Shown here piece by piece: positions 10,236-19,189 of a stretch of 64,000 nt of DNA. The notes below the pieces were generated by a model. It saw only the letters and a list, made by a program, of their open reading frames with translations, searched no databases and had not been told where the DNA came from. Source of the DNA: Candidatus Omnitrophota bacterium (GTDB lineage Bacteria > Omnitrophota > Gorgyraeia > Gygaellales > Profunditerraquicolaceae); assembly GCA_030650425.1 (NCBI GenBank), contig JAUSED010000009.1, positions 32,904 through 96,903 of the forward strand. Reading direction: 5' to 3'. Made by a program: the position numbers and the translations under genes. The stretch's first letter is position 1. Every line of letters begins with the position of its first letter.

Positions 10236-10799
10236 ATGAACATCGCGAATAAGATTTCTACTTTTAGGATATTAAGCGTCCCGTTTTTTATCGCCAGCCT
10301 GCTTTATTATGCCCCGCAAAGAGATTATTTGAGGTTTATAGCCTTGGGAATTTTTATTCTGGCAGCGCTTTCAGATGCTATTGACGGCTATGTGGCCAGA
10401 AAATCAAAACTGCTCTCCAAGGCCGGGTTGATCCTCGATCCTTTGGGGGATAAGCTATTATTGATGAGCGCTTTTATCTGCCTTTACGCCAACACTAATC
10501 TGGCCCCCAGATTTCCGCTTTGGGTAATTCTTATCGTGATCAGCCGCGATGTGATTATCATCTTGGGCGCGATTGTAGTCTATATCGTAAAACAAAGCAT
10601 CAATATTATCCCTACCCGCTGGGGAAAAATTTCAACCCTCTTTCAAATGTTGGCGGTAATCTCTGTCTTGCTGCAGTTAAAATTTTCTCCGCTATTTTGG
10701 TGGTTGGCAGCCATTTTTACGGTTGTATCGGGCGCTTTCTACATCAACAGGGGATTTGTGATACTCTATGCTTTGGACAGTTCTCGGAATAATCATTAG
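10236..10799 (+). CDS. pgsA: CDP-diacylglycerol--glycerol-3-phosphate 3-phosphatidyltransferase
   Basis: CDP-alcohol phosphatidyltransferase motif DAIDGYVARK...LDPLGDKLL on a multi-TM protein. Confidence 0.8.
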   Translation: MNIANKISTFRILSVPFFIASLLYYAPQRDYLRFIALGIFILAALSDAIDGYVARKSKLLSKAGLILDPLGDKLLLMSAFICLYANTNLAPRFPLWVILIVISRDVIIILGAIVVYIVKQSINIIPTRWGKISTLFQMLAVISVLLQLKFSPLFWWLAAIFTVVSGAFYINRGFVILYALDSSRNNH

Positions 10800-11385
10800 T
10801 TATTTTATAGGTTCAATTCCTACCGCCTACATCTTTGGCCGTTTGATTAAAGGCGTAGATATCCGTAAATTCGGCTCAGGAAATGTCGGAGCGACCAATG
10901 CCCTTAGGCTATTAGGTAAAGGCTGGGGGATAACGGTATTAGTTTTAGATATACTCAAAGGGTTTTTACCTGTAATATTCCTATATAATATTCTAGGTTC
11001 TAAGTCCAATCTATCATTGGAAACCTTCTGTATTCTTATCGGCGTAAGTTGTATCTGCGGCCATAACTGGACGATCTTCTTAAGGTTTAAAGGCGGCAAA
11101 GGTGTGGCTACCACATTAGGCGTATTTTTGGGGCTCTCCGTAATCATCCCCGGACTAAAGATTGTCCTGGGGTTAACTATCCTAGTCTGGTTAGTTACAT
11201 TCATGATTAGGAGAGTTATCTCTCTGGCATCAATATTGGCTGCTTTAAGTTTTCCTTTATTCGCGATATTATTCAGGCAATCCCCCGGCCTGACTTTTAT
11301 AAGTATACTACTGGCAGCATTCATTATCTTCCGTCACAAATCCAACATCAAAAGAATCCTCGCGGGGAAAGAAACTCGCCTTTAG
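10768..11385 (+). CDS. plsY: Glycerol-3-phosphate acyltransferase PlsY
   Basis: GSGNVGATNALR motif on a multi-TM protein. It overlaps the pgsA end. Confidence 0.85.
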   Translation: MLWTVLGIIISYFIGSIPTAYIFGRLIKGVDIRKFGSGNVGATNALRLLGKGWGITVLVLDILKGFLPVIFLYNILGSKSNLSLETFCILIGVSCICGHNWTIFLRFKGGKGVATTLGVFLGLSVIIPGLKIVLGLTILVWLVTFMIRRVISLASILAALSFPLFAILFRQSPGLTFISILLAAFIIFRHKSNIKRILAGKETRL

Positions 11386-11415
11386 AAACCGCTTTCTTTT
11401 TAACCCCAAATAGGC

Positions 11416-11444
11416 TTGAAAGCACCTTGGCAAGCCTTTATACT
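11416..11444 (+). promoter_or_regulatory. Sigma-70-like promoter (TTGAAA-17 nt-TATACT) upstream of the 110-aa ORF
   Basis: A near-consensus -35/-10 pair with a 17-nt spacer. An AAGGGG RBS sits before the ATG at 11468. Confidence 0.4.
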
Positions 11445-11467
11445 CTGTCTTGAAGGGGTGAATTAAA

Positions 11468-11800
11468 ATGCGCGACCTATTGTTTAAGAACTTGACTTCT
11501 GACGACCACAGGCGCAAGATAATCGCCAGCTCTGAAATTGTGGAAAAACAGGGCGTGCGCAGTATCATCCGCAGGCATTTTATCTGCATGGTTAAGGAAA
11601 TCAAAGATGAGCGTAATATCCAAAAACCGTTGCCGCATCTTTATATCCTTAAAGAACATAACACTAGAGAGCAAAAAGAAAAGTTTTTCTGCAAAATCAA
11701 AGGCAGCCTCTGTGCGGTACATAAAGGTAAATTATTATTAGTTATCTTTATGCATTCCCTCAAAATTGACCTCGTAACTCTTCCGCAGCAAGTAAACTGA
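11468..11800 (+). CDS. Hypothetical protein (110 aa), basic, no recognisable domain
   Basis: An ORF with its own promoter-like signal and RBS. No family recognised. It lies in an AT-rich accessory segment upstream of the PIN gene. Confidence 0.35.
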   Translation: MRDLLFKNLTSDDHRRKIIASSEIVEKQGVRSIIRRHFICMVKEIKDERNIQKPLPHLYILKEHNTREQKEKFFCKIKGSLCAVHKGKLLLVIFMHSLKIDLVTLPQQVN

Positions 11801-11855
11801 TTTTTCTTAAAGACTAGTTGCATATTACGGAAATACATGGTATAAGTTATTTGTT

Positions 11856-12329
11856 ATGAAGATACCCAAGTTTTATTTTGATACATCAATATTTAATTTT
11901 GCGCTTGCTGATGATGTTCCCACGGAAAGGGAAATTACTCTTAGGCTTCTTGAAGAAGTAAGAGGCGGCAAGTACGAGGTATTCATTTCGGAAGTAGTTT
12001 TAAGAGAAATAAACAGAGCCCCGCAAGAGAAAGCGGTAAAATTAAGAGACTGTATCAAGAAAATAAATCCAGAAGAGCTTATTTTGGATGAGAATACTCT
12101 ATCTTTAGCGAAAGAATACATAGACAAAGGGGTTATCCCGCCAAAATACGAAGACGATGCGTTGCACATTGCGGTAGCTTCGGTAAATAATTTGGATGCA
12201 ATAGTGAGTTGGAATTTTACCCATATCGTAAAATTAAAGACTAAGCGGGAAGTTTCAGGAATAAACACCCTCATGGGATACAAGCCTATAGAAATCTGTT
12301 CTCCTCAGGAGGTGATTGAAAATGCTTAA
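11856..12329 (+). CDS. PIN-domain protein (VapC-like ribonuclease fold)
   Basis: FYFDTS (first acidic residue), EV..E, DALHIAVA and a C-terminal SWNFTHI region match a PIN-domain variant. A promoter-like TTGCAT-17-TATAAG lies upstream. Confidence 0.7.
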   Translation: MKIPKFYFDTSIFNFALADDVPTEREITLRLLEEVRGGKYEVFISEVVLREINRAPQEKAVKLRDCIKKINPEELILDENTLSLAKEYIDKGVIPPKYEDDALHIAVASVNNLDAIVSWNFTHIVKLKTKREVSGINTLMGYKPIEICSPQEVIENA

Positions 12330-12492
12330 AGAATCAGGACCAATGAAAGAGATCCACGAAATTCAGGAAATACTTTACGAAGAGCATAAAAAAATGACAA
12401 ATAAAGAGAAGCTTGTTACGCTTCACCGTGAAGCGGAAGAGGCAGAAAGAAAATACGGCTTCACCCTAAGAAAGGTTTCTCATGTAAAATAA
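12322..12492 (+). CDS. Small charged helical ORF (56 aa), translationally coupled to the PIN gene
   Basis: The ATG at 12322 overlaps the PIN stop by 8 nt (ATGCTTAA). It encodes MLKESGPMKEIHEIQEILYEEHKKMTNKEKLVTLHREAEEAERKYGFTLRKVSHVK. It is absent from the ORF track because it is under 60 aa. Confidence 0.35.
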   Translation: MLKESGPMKEIHEIQEILYEEHKKMTNKEKLVTLHREAEEAERKYGFTLRKVSHVK

Positions 12493-12555
12493 CTTTTACC
12501 CCGCACGATCCGTGTGTGCGGTGGTAAAAAAAAGAAAGCGTAAGAAATTAAATTA

Positions 12556-12583
12556 TTGACAAGACCAAAAACTGATATATAAT
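12556..12583 (+). promoter_or_regulatory. Near-consensus sigma-70 promoter (TTGACA-16 nt-TATAAT)
   Basis: TTGACA at 12556-12561 and TATAAT at 12578-12583, about 10 nt upstream of the 12594 start. Confidence 0.5.
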
Positions 12584-12593
12584 ATTTTTAATT

Positions 12594-15377
12594 ATGAGTA
12601 GAAAATATTTCGTCTTGTCGCTGCTTTTGCTCCTGCTGTTTTTGTCTCTTCTCACCGAAAAATCTTTTGCTTCTGGCCCGGCCGCGGATTATCTATGCGA
12701 GCTGGGCGCTACTTTTTATAGCATGGGCAGGTATGACGATGCTCTTTCGGAATTCAATAAGGCGTTGATGCTTGATCCCGGGAGCGAAACCGCCAAAAAA
12801 TATATTAACGATATTTTTAAACAAAATCTTAATCCCCTTGGCACAACCAAGCCAATATCAGAAGAAAAACCAGCCCTAAAAAAAGTCTCGAAAGTGCTTT
12901 CGAAAGAAGAAATAATGAGCGAGGCTATGAATAACTTCGAGAATAAAACTCCAGAAGACAAGAGCTATTCTCGCCCTTATAAATCTCCTGAAAAAAAGCC
13001 ATCAGCGGTAACCGAAGAAAGGGGAACTAAGGTCGGCCCCTTTAAAATAAGTGGAGAAACCCAGCTTAGTTTTGGGGTTACTCCTGATGACTTTATTTGG
13101 AAGAGGGCAAACTTTAATTTAAATGAGCGTTTTAAGAGCTACCGGATGACCTCTGATGCCGCGTTTGACCGCAGGTTTAATACCTTTGACCCTGCGATTT
13201 ACGACTCGCTTAGCCTGAATGTAGATACCGAAAATAAAGAGGGATTTAATTTTCATACCAATCTTACGGTTGACCCCTGGAGTTTCACCGGTAAAAGCAG
13301 TAAGGTAACAATCCCTTCCGGAAATGATACTGCAGAAATACAGTTGCGTTACTGGTCAAATACCGGCTATGTGGTGAATAATACAGCTTATACCTTGCTT
13401 GCAGGTGATACGATTAATATTCCAGAGCTTAAAGTTAAAAATGGTAAAACTGACCCTTTTATCGTTACTTCTGATAGGTTAGGTAATAATTTCAATATTC
13501 CTTCTATGAAAATAAAGCGCGAATTCCAGCCTTTGCGCGAATTCTGGCTTGATTATACCAATGATCAGGCTAAATTCCGCGTTTTTCCTATGGGCTACCA
13601 AGACCAGGCTTATACTTCCGATGACCCTATGAACATAACTAATCATGGTATATGGTGGAAGGATAGTAAGTGGTTGCGTCAGTATACACCGGGTAATTTT
13701 AATCCTAATGATGCTCCTGTTTCGTTTGTTAAGGGCCGTTGGGATGATTCACTTTCTTTTCAGGTCAAGGATAGCACAGGTAAATATCTAACCGCCTTAA
13801 GAGGTTTTGCTTTTAATTTCCAACCGGAGGAAAACACTTCATTGGATATTACTGCCGCGACTCCCAAGCATCTTTGGCAGGATTATGCCGCGGTGGATAA
13901 CGCGATTTTAGCCACCCGGCTAAAGCATTATTTTGCCGATAACTTTATGCTCGGAGCTACCTTTACCAACCGTTCCGGTTTTATCACCCAAAAAAGCCAG
14001 AAGCTGGATAGCTTGAATTTCGTCACTGGCGTGGATTTAGGCTATGAAATAGCCGACGGCCTAAAAGCCCAGGCCGAAGTTTTAGCTTCCCAGTCAAAAT
14101 ACGATATGAGCAATGCCGGCTACGAGACCGATGCCAAAGGAAATGCCTATTATTTTTCTTTTATTACCCGCTACCCTTATAAGAAGATTATGGATTTAAA
14201 ATATGGATATGACGATATAGCTATAGATAAGGACGAGAGTTTCTTGGTAAAGGGAAAGTTTTACCTTAGCCGTATGGATTCAGGATTTGATTCGGCGCTT
14301 TCGGATTATCATAATACCCGGCAGGATGTCTTTTGGTCAAGGCATATCCATTTTCGCACGCCTTTGGATTATTATAGCGAAGGACTGGATAAGCCTGTTG
14401 ACCATTGGGGAGAGCTTAATTCTACGCGCATCGGAGACGGTATTGATTCCGGCAGGAGCACCATAGGGTTTCGGCTGGAAACTTTCTTTGAGGATAAATT
14501 TACCAATCTTTTTGATGTGCGTAATGTGCATAATCAACAAGGAAAATTTGTGGAAAACGTAGCGCGGGATGAAGCAACGTTAAAACTCACGGATAAACTT
14601 ACGGCCAAAGGTTTGGGTATTTATCATAAATTACCTAAAACTGTTGGCGGAATAGATCCGTTTGTCTATGATGGTAAGACCGGGAACTTCTTTATTAATA
14701 ACGATGTACCGGATGGAGTGAATCCTACGCTTAAAACCGGCTCTATTGGTTTAAATTACGATTTCTTTGACTGGTTGAGTTTAAATGGTATCTATGAACG
14801 TACGAATGATTACACCTTAGCTTACGGTGATTTTCCTCGTAATGTGCTAAGAAATGACACGACTTTAAACAGCGTAACCTTTCAGGATAGTAATCGTTAC
14901 CGTTCTGTCACACCTTTTCTTTTTAACCAAGGCGTCTTCCCTCAGGCCCCGTATGAATTTTATAATGTATTTAAATGTGGTTTAAAGATAATGCCTTTAG
15001 ATAATCTGGAGATTTATCTTGATTACACCAGAAATGAATTTGAAGCTGCTTCTATGATTTCTGATAGTATGAATCATGTGGGTATAGATATTGCCTATAT
15101 GCCGACTAAGAAGATGGGTATGTTTTTTAAATATACCTACTCTCGTTCTCAGGAACTACAGAGGTTACAAGATGGAATTACTGAACCCTTAGGCCACCAT
15201 AATTTCTTTGGCGAATTCAGGTATCTGCCTTCCAAGGATGACCAGCTAATTTTAGAGTATGGAGTGGGTGACTATACTAATATCGGTAATCTTGGCTCTA
15301 TGGATCCCTATGGTGGAGGCATGCTTACCTTAGACACGCAGCACATCATCCGCGCTTATTACCGCAGGAAATTTTAA
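12594..15377 (+). CDS. Large secreted protein: signal peptide, N-terminal TPR-like repeat, long beta-rich region ending in aromatic residues (...YYRRKF). It is a putative outer-membrane beta-barrel.
   Basis: A signal peptide (MSRKYFVLSLLLLLLFLSLLTEKSFA), a TPR-like helix pair, and about 750 aa rich in alternating aromatic and polar residues with a C-terminal Phe, as in Omp85-targeted beta-barrels. Confidence 0.45.
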   Translation: MSRKYFVLSLLLLLLFLSLLTEKSFASGPAADYLCELGATFYSMGRYDDALSEFNKALMLDPGSETAKKYINDIFKQNLNPLGTTKPISEEKPALKKVSKVLSKEEIMSEAMNNFENKTPEDKSYSRPYKSPEKKPSAVTEERGTKVGPFKISGETQLSFGVTPDDFIWKRANFNLNERFKSYRMTSDAAFDRRFNTFDPAIYDSLSLNVDTENKEGFNFHTNLTVDPWSFTGKSSKVTIPSGNDTAEIQLRYWSNTGYVVNNTAYTLLAGDTINIPELKVKNGKTDPFIVTSDRLGNNFNIPSMKIKREFQPLREFWLDYTNDQAKFRVFPMGYQDQAYTSDDPMNITNHGIWWKDSKWLRQYTPGNFNPNDAPVSFVKGRWDDSLSFQVKDSTGKYLTALRGFAFNFQPEENTSLDITAATPKHLWQDYAAVDNAILATRLKHYFADNFMLGATFTNRSGFITQKSQKLDSLNFVTGVDLGYEIADGLKAQAEVLASQSKYDMSNAGYETDAKGNAYYFSFITRYPYKKIMDLKYGYDDIAIDKDESFLVKGKFYLSRMDSGFDSALSDYHNTRQDVFWSRHIHFRTPLDYYSEGLDKPVDHWGELNSTRIGDGIDSGRSTIGFRLETFFEDKFTNLFDVRNVHNQQGKFVENVARDEATLKLTDKLTAKGLGIYHKLPKTVGGIDPFVYDGKTGNFFINNDVPDGVNPTLKTGSIGLNYDFFDWLSLNGIYERTNDYTLAYGDFPRNVLRNDTTLNSVTFQDSNRYRSVTPFLFNQGVFPQAPYEFYNVFKCGLKIMPLDNLEIYLDYTRNEFEAASMISDSMNHVGIDIAYMPTKKMGMFFKYTYSRSQELQRLQDGITEPLGHHNFFGEFRYLPSKDDQLILEYGVGDYTNIGNLGSMDPYGGGMLTLDTQHIIRAYYRRKF

Positions 15378-15381
15378 ATTT

Positions 15382-15458
15382 GTCATTGCGAGGGCACGAA
15401 GTGCCCGAAGCAATCTCTGAAACGGGATTGCTTCGTCGCTAGCGCTCCTCGCAATGAC
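15382..15458. terminator. Compound palindrome between convergent genes; likely a bidirectional terminator or structured element
   Basis: The outer 12-bp inverted repeat GTCATTGCGAGG...CCTCGCAATGAC encloses inner inverted repeats GCACGAAGTGC and CGAAGCAATC...GATTGCTTCG. Confidence 0.4.
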
Positions 15459-15467
15459 TACCGAGTT

Positions 15468-18400
15468 TTATACTAAGTAAATATCTATCTTACTGATCTG
15501 GCGTGATCTTATTGCTTCCGCGTATGGCGAGGGTATAAGCGAAGAATTAAATTCGATAGGCTTATCTTTATCCCAAAGGATAACTTTAATAATTTGCGCC
15601 GCATGCTTGCCAAAGGTATCTTTTCTTTTAGGGTTATGATAGGTAACGTTGATTTTGCCTAGGAAATTAAAACTGTAATTACCTCTTTTGTTAAATAGCC
15701 AGCCGTTAAGTTTAGGCTCAAACCTTAAAGCTAATTTATCATTTTCTAGGAAGAAAGGGTTCTTGCCGATATTCATTGTCAGCCATATTTGGAGGAATTC
15801 CGCGGTTGACCCTGAGAGCCGGGCGACAAATCCGTTTCCGTGCAGTTTTTTATCGGGAAAGGCGCTGCTCACTAAAAAAGAGGAGTTTTCTAAAATACTT
15901 CTTCCATAAACAGCGGGTTTCTGAAAAGGGATAAGCACATTTTTAAAATCCGCGTAGAACTCTTCATATAGCCCTGTCTTTAAAAGCTCCAAAAGGTATT
16001 TATATTCCATATGCAGCCAGATGGATTCATTTTCCAGCCAGCCCGGGGTAAAGATCCGGCATCTTCCGATATCTTCCGGCATATTTCCTAAAGCCGCGGT
16101 TACCTTATACATCTTAAGTTTTTGATCAAAGAGCCCGCTATTTTTTGTCCCCAAGTGAATCTTACGGGCTTTCTCCTGATTATCAGCGAGCCTAAGTCCG
16201 TGCATTTGCGTCTCAAGGAATAGCGGAAGCTTAATTTGCCTAAATTCAGTTGGTTTGATAAAATGCTCGTCGCCAGTTTTGTAGGTAATCACTTCGTTGA
16301 TAAAATAACCGCAATAGGTTTTTTTCTTTTCATCCCAAGCCTTATTTATCCCGGCATCGATTTGCTTGAGCAATGTATCGATAATTCCGATTATTTCGCG
16401 GGGAGAGATTTCTCTTTCATTTCCGCTAACACCCATTTTGGTTAAGAGGCGGTAATTTTCTTTAGCCGAGTGGGTTTGGTCCCACCAACTATAATCATCA
16501 ATCTTATTATTAGATAAATCCAGGGTGAGCTGGTTAAGCCCGCTTAAAAGCGCGTAAATCTCTTCGGTTATATTCAACCTACCAACGCCGGTTTTTTGCA
16601 GAGCGCCTTGAATGAAAAGGCAGAGCCGTTTTAACTCGAATGTCTCGCAAAGCGACGAACCAAAGAGGGCAGGAAGGCCGTTTAGCGAGTCAAACCAATT
16701 AGGTTTATCCGCCTCCATTTCTATTCCTATACCGAATGGATCAAGGGAAGCGAATTTATTAGCAACTAGACAGAGTAGCTTATTAATTAATACTGTTTCA
16801 TAGACTTGCTCTCCTTGGGACAAGGCTCTTACTAGATGGGGAGATTCACGCCGCTTATGGAGTGCCTCTTTTTTAAAGTTATCGTTAACAACCGAATGTA
16901 ATTGTCGGGGTTTACCATTATAAAGAAGGTATTTTTCACTGCGCGGCTTAACCACTTCGGAATTATCGAAAAAAGTGAATTTTCTCTCTTCAAAAACTAT
17001 TTTTTTAAGCTCTTCCGGATAAACTTTTAAATAACTTTCCAGGATATCAAGGTTATAATGCCAATGGTCGCTCCAAAATCCTTCTCCGTGTTCAGCTTCA
17101 TCAATTTTAAGCGAAGAAGCGATGACTAGGTCGAGCAATTCGTCATAAGTTGCGTTGAGCTTGATCTTGTTATCTTCAATGAAGAGAATAAGCTCGCCGG
17201 GAGTAAATTTCTTCTCAAGGAATGAAAGTATCCTGTCGATTTTATTTTCGGGAGCAATGTTATTTAGTTTGGCCCTAAGGTTTTCTTTATCTTTCAGGAT
17301 AAAAATTGATCCCTTTACGGTTAGGGGATTAAAACCGTCTAACTGGATTAAGTTAAAGAGGGTAGTAACATTTTCATCTTTTATTTCAGGATTAAACCAG
17401 ATGTCGTTCCTGCGGTTCTGGTTTAAATCGCGGTAGTTCCCGTTTCCCTGAGCGAAGTAGGTAGGGGCGATCTGGAATTTATTATAATCGCGCTCAGGAT
17501 CCCCGTGTTTACGCGCATAAAGGTAAAATGTTTTCCCTGATTTAAAAGTAAGAGGATAGCCGCCGCGCATCAGGTTATCCAGATAGGTTTGTTGAGCATA
17601 GAGATCGAATACTTTTGAGCTTGAGGAAGTATGGATATCGTTCATTAATTCTTCAATAATCCGCCTGTTTTCTGCTTTCTTTTTTTCGAGGTAACCGCTG
17701 GAGGTAATTTTAGGGATAGCCTTATTGAGCGCCTCAAGGCTGCGCATGTAGCCAATCACTGAGTATAGGGTTTTTTCTTCCTCTTTTGCTAATTTTAGAT
17801 TTAGAAAAGAGAAGGCGGAAGGAGTTTTAGCGTTGAGCTTTTTAGACGCGGAAGCGCCGAGCCCCTTATTTTTAATAAAATTAATCGGTAAGGAAAAATC
17901 GGTGATTTCGGCGAAAACATCTTCAGCATCAATTATTGGTTGGGTAAGTTTTATTTGATTGCCTTCCGAAGTAAAACCTAAGTAAAAATTACCCTCGTTA
18001 ATATGTATAACTTCCGGCCGGTCAACTGGATCGACCTTAAGCCGGTAAAAAGGTGCTTTATTTTTTAGATTTTCTACCTCCATCCACGCTTCGATGGTCC
18101 GGGACATTTTTTTCAAGAAAAAGTTGTTCGTTCCAAAAGGGATTATTTGAGGTAAACCATCAATCAGCTCGATCTTTTTATCGGTTCTAGAGGTATTTTC
18201 TATGGTTAAAATCCGGCTAAGGCCGGCGTAGTTATCCGACGGGATATTGAAATATTCAACCCTTACTTTCAACCCTAAGGTAGAATTGGTTTCTTCAAGC
18301 GATAGCCCCCATGGGCTGATGAGCATTTTATTATGAATATTATAGTTAAGATTGCTAAAGCCGTTGTGAAAAGGTTCGTAAAAAATAGTTTTAGCTTGGG

Positions 18401-18716
18401 TAGATATTTTAATGAAAGTGCGGAAGCCTTGGCTGCTAACGAGTTGCCAGGCTTTATTCGCCGGGAGGAATTCCAGGATGGCATGGTCTTTATCTTTGAT
18501 CCCAAAACTTGAGATAGCCTGACCGCGGTTGACATAAAAGGTCCACATTGGTATGCCGTATTTACCGGCTATACCGGGAAAGAAATTGGAAAAGGGCTTG
18601 GCGTAGTTATAGTTTTCGATAACGAACTGGCCAGCCTCATTCAGGTAATATTTAGGTGTTTGAGTGGATATTTTCATCTGAAGATATTTTAGCCGATTTA
18701 GGCCTTTTGTCCACAA
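15468..18716 (-). CDS. Large cytoplasmic protein (1082 aa) with a glycoside hydrolase/phosphorylase-like (GH94 / (alpha/alpha)6-barrel) appearance
   Basis: No signal peptide. The N-terminal region resembles cellobiose/chitobiose phosphorylase N-domains. Central NYRDLNQNRRND and WLHMEYKYLLELL segments resemble the catalytic barrel. The assignment is tentative. Confidence 0.35.
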   Translation of the reverse strand: MWTKGLNRLKYLQMKISTQTPKYYLNEAGQFVIENYNYAKPFSNFFPGIAGKYGIPMWTFYVNRGQAISSFGIKDKDHAILEFLPANKAWQLVSSQGFRTFIKISTQAKTIFYEPFHNGFSNLNYNIHNKMLISPWGLSLEETNSTLGLKVRVEYFNIPSDNYAGLSRILTIENTSRTDKKIELIDGLPQIIPFGTNNFFLKKMSRTIEAWMEVENLKNKAPFYRLKVDPVDRPEVIHINEGNFYLGFTSEGNQIKLTQPIIDAEDVFAEITDFSLPINFIKNKGLGASASKKLNAKTPSAFSFLNLKLAKEEEKTLYSVIGYMRSLEALNKAIPKITSSGYLEKKKAENRRIIEELMNDIHTSSSSKVFDLYAQQTYLDNLMRGGYPLTFKSGKTFYLYARKHGDPERDYNKFQIAPTYFAQGNGNYRDLNQNRRNDIWFNPEIKDENVTTLFNLIQLDGFNPLTVKGSIFILKDKENLRAKLNNIAPENKIDRILSFLEKKFTPGELILFIEDNKIKLNATYDELLDLVIASSLKIDEAEHGEGFWSDHWHYNLDILESYLKVYPEELKKIVFEERKFTFFDNSEVVKPRSEKYLLYNGKPRQLHSVVNDNFKKEALHKRRESPHLVRALSQGEQVYETVLINKLLCLVANKFASLDPFGIGIEMEADKPNWFDSLNGLPALFGSSLCETFELKRLCLFIQGALQKTGVGRLNITEEIYALLSGLNQLTLDLSNNKIDDYSWWDQTHSAKENYRLLTKMGVSGNEREISPREIIGIIDTLLKQIDAGINKAWDEKKKTYCGYFINEVITYKTGDEHFIKPTEFRQIKLPLFLETQMHGLRLADNQEKARKIHLGTKNSGLFDQKLKMYKVTAALGNMPEDIGRCRIFTPGWLENESIWLHMEYKYLLELLKTGLYEEFYADFKNVLIPFQKPAVYGRSILENSSFLVSSAFPDKKLHGNGFVARLSGSTAEFLQIWLTMNIGKNPFFLENDKLALRFEPKLNGWLFNKRGNYSFNFLGKINVTYHNPKRKDTFGKHAAQIIKVILWDKDKPIEFNSSLIPSPYAEAIRSRQISKIDIYLV

Positions 18717-18730
18717 ATTTTTCTAATGTA

Positions 18731-18823
18731 GGGGACACAAACTAGGGGACACTTTCCTTTTGAGGCTTTCATTAGAGCCCTGACGGAAAGTGTCCCCTAG
18801 TTGTGAGTTAGGAAAGTGTCCCC
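18731..18823. repeat. Cluster of GGGGACACTTTCC / GGAAAGTGTCCCC inverted-repeat elements (intergenic copy 1)
   Basis: A partial GGGGACAC sits at 18731. A full 13-bp inverted repeat pair at 18745-57 and 18785-97 has a 27-nt spacer. An extra right arm lies at 18811-23. The spacer tail AGAGCCCTGAC is shared with the copy at 28826. Confidence 0.8.
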
Positions 18824-18844
18824 TATCTTTGAATCCGATTGTGT

Positions 18845-18873
18845 TTGACTTTTGGCTCGAGGGATGTTAAGAT
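18845..18873 (+). promoter_or_regulatory. Putative promoter of gatCAB (TTGACT-17-TAAGAT)
   Basis: A -35/-10-like pair about 25 nt upstream of the GTG start of gatC. Confidence 0.3.
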
Positions 18874-18899
18874 AATTTTTTATAACTACAAGGAGCGCT

Positions 18900-19187
18900 G
18901 TGGGGATAGACAAAAAGACAGTTGAGGGTGTGGCACATCTGGCGCGCATTGAGCTGGAGCCAAAGGAGTTAGAGAAATTATCTCATCAATTAGAGCATAT
19001 ATTGGCTTTTATTGATAAATTAAGCGTTTTAAACACGGATAATGTCCCTCCCACAAGCCATATTCTTCCGCTAAATAATGTATTAAGGAAAGACGAAACT
19101 AAGCCCTCACTTTCTATTGAAAAGACCCTTGCCAACGCGCCTGCTAAGCAAGGAAATTTTTTTGTTGTACCCAAGGTGATTGAATAG
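18900..19187 (+). CDS. gatC: Asp/Glu-tRNA amidotransferase subunit C
   Basis: [31 protein letters not shown] is the GatC signature. It has a GTG start with an AGGAG RBS. Confidence 0.85.
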   Translation: MGIDKKTVEGVAHLARIELEPKELEKLSHQLEHILAFIDKLSVLNTDNVPPTSHILPLNNVLRKDETKPSLSIEKTLANAPAKQGNFFVVPKVIE

Positions 19188-19189
19188 AA

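Noticed and set aside
10827-11324. Antisense 165-aa ORF inside plsY, and other long antisense ORFs (1737..1970, 5444..5791, 5899..6369, 6327..6680, 38089..38697, 60496..61065, 63550..63909).
   Set aside because: All are embedded opposite well-supported conserved genes. They have no RBS and low-complexity composition, so they are typical shadow ORFs.
11386-11855. Considered tmRNA, SRP RNA or 6S RNA in the long plsY-PIN intergenic region.
   Set aside because: There is no tRNA-like 3' end (no GGTTCGAnTCC...CCA), no SRP domain IV motif, and no tag-peptide reading frame. A promoter plus RBS plus 110-codon ORF explains the region better. The antisense ORFs 11477..11722 and 11308..11604 have no translation signals.
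12493-12540. Hairpin CCGCAC...GTGCGG after the small PIN-coupled ORF as an intrinsic terminator.
   Set aside because: It is followed by an A-run rather than a U-tract on the + strand. On the - strand the T-run precedes the stem. It is not a convincing terminator in either direction.
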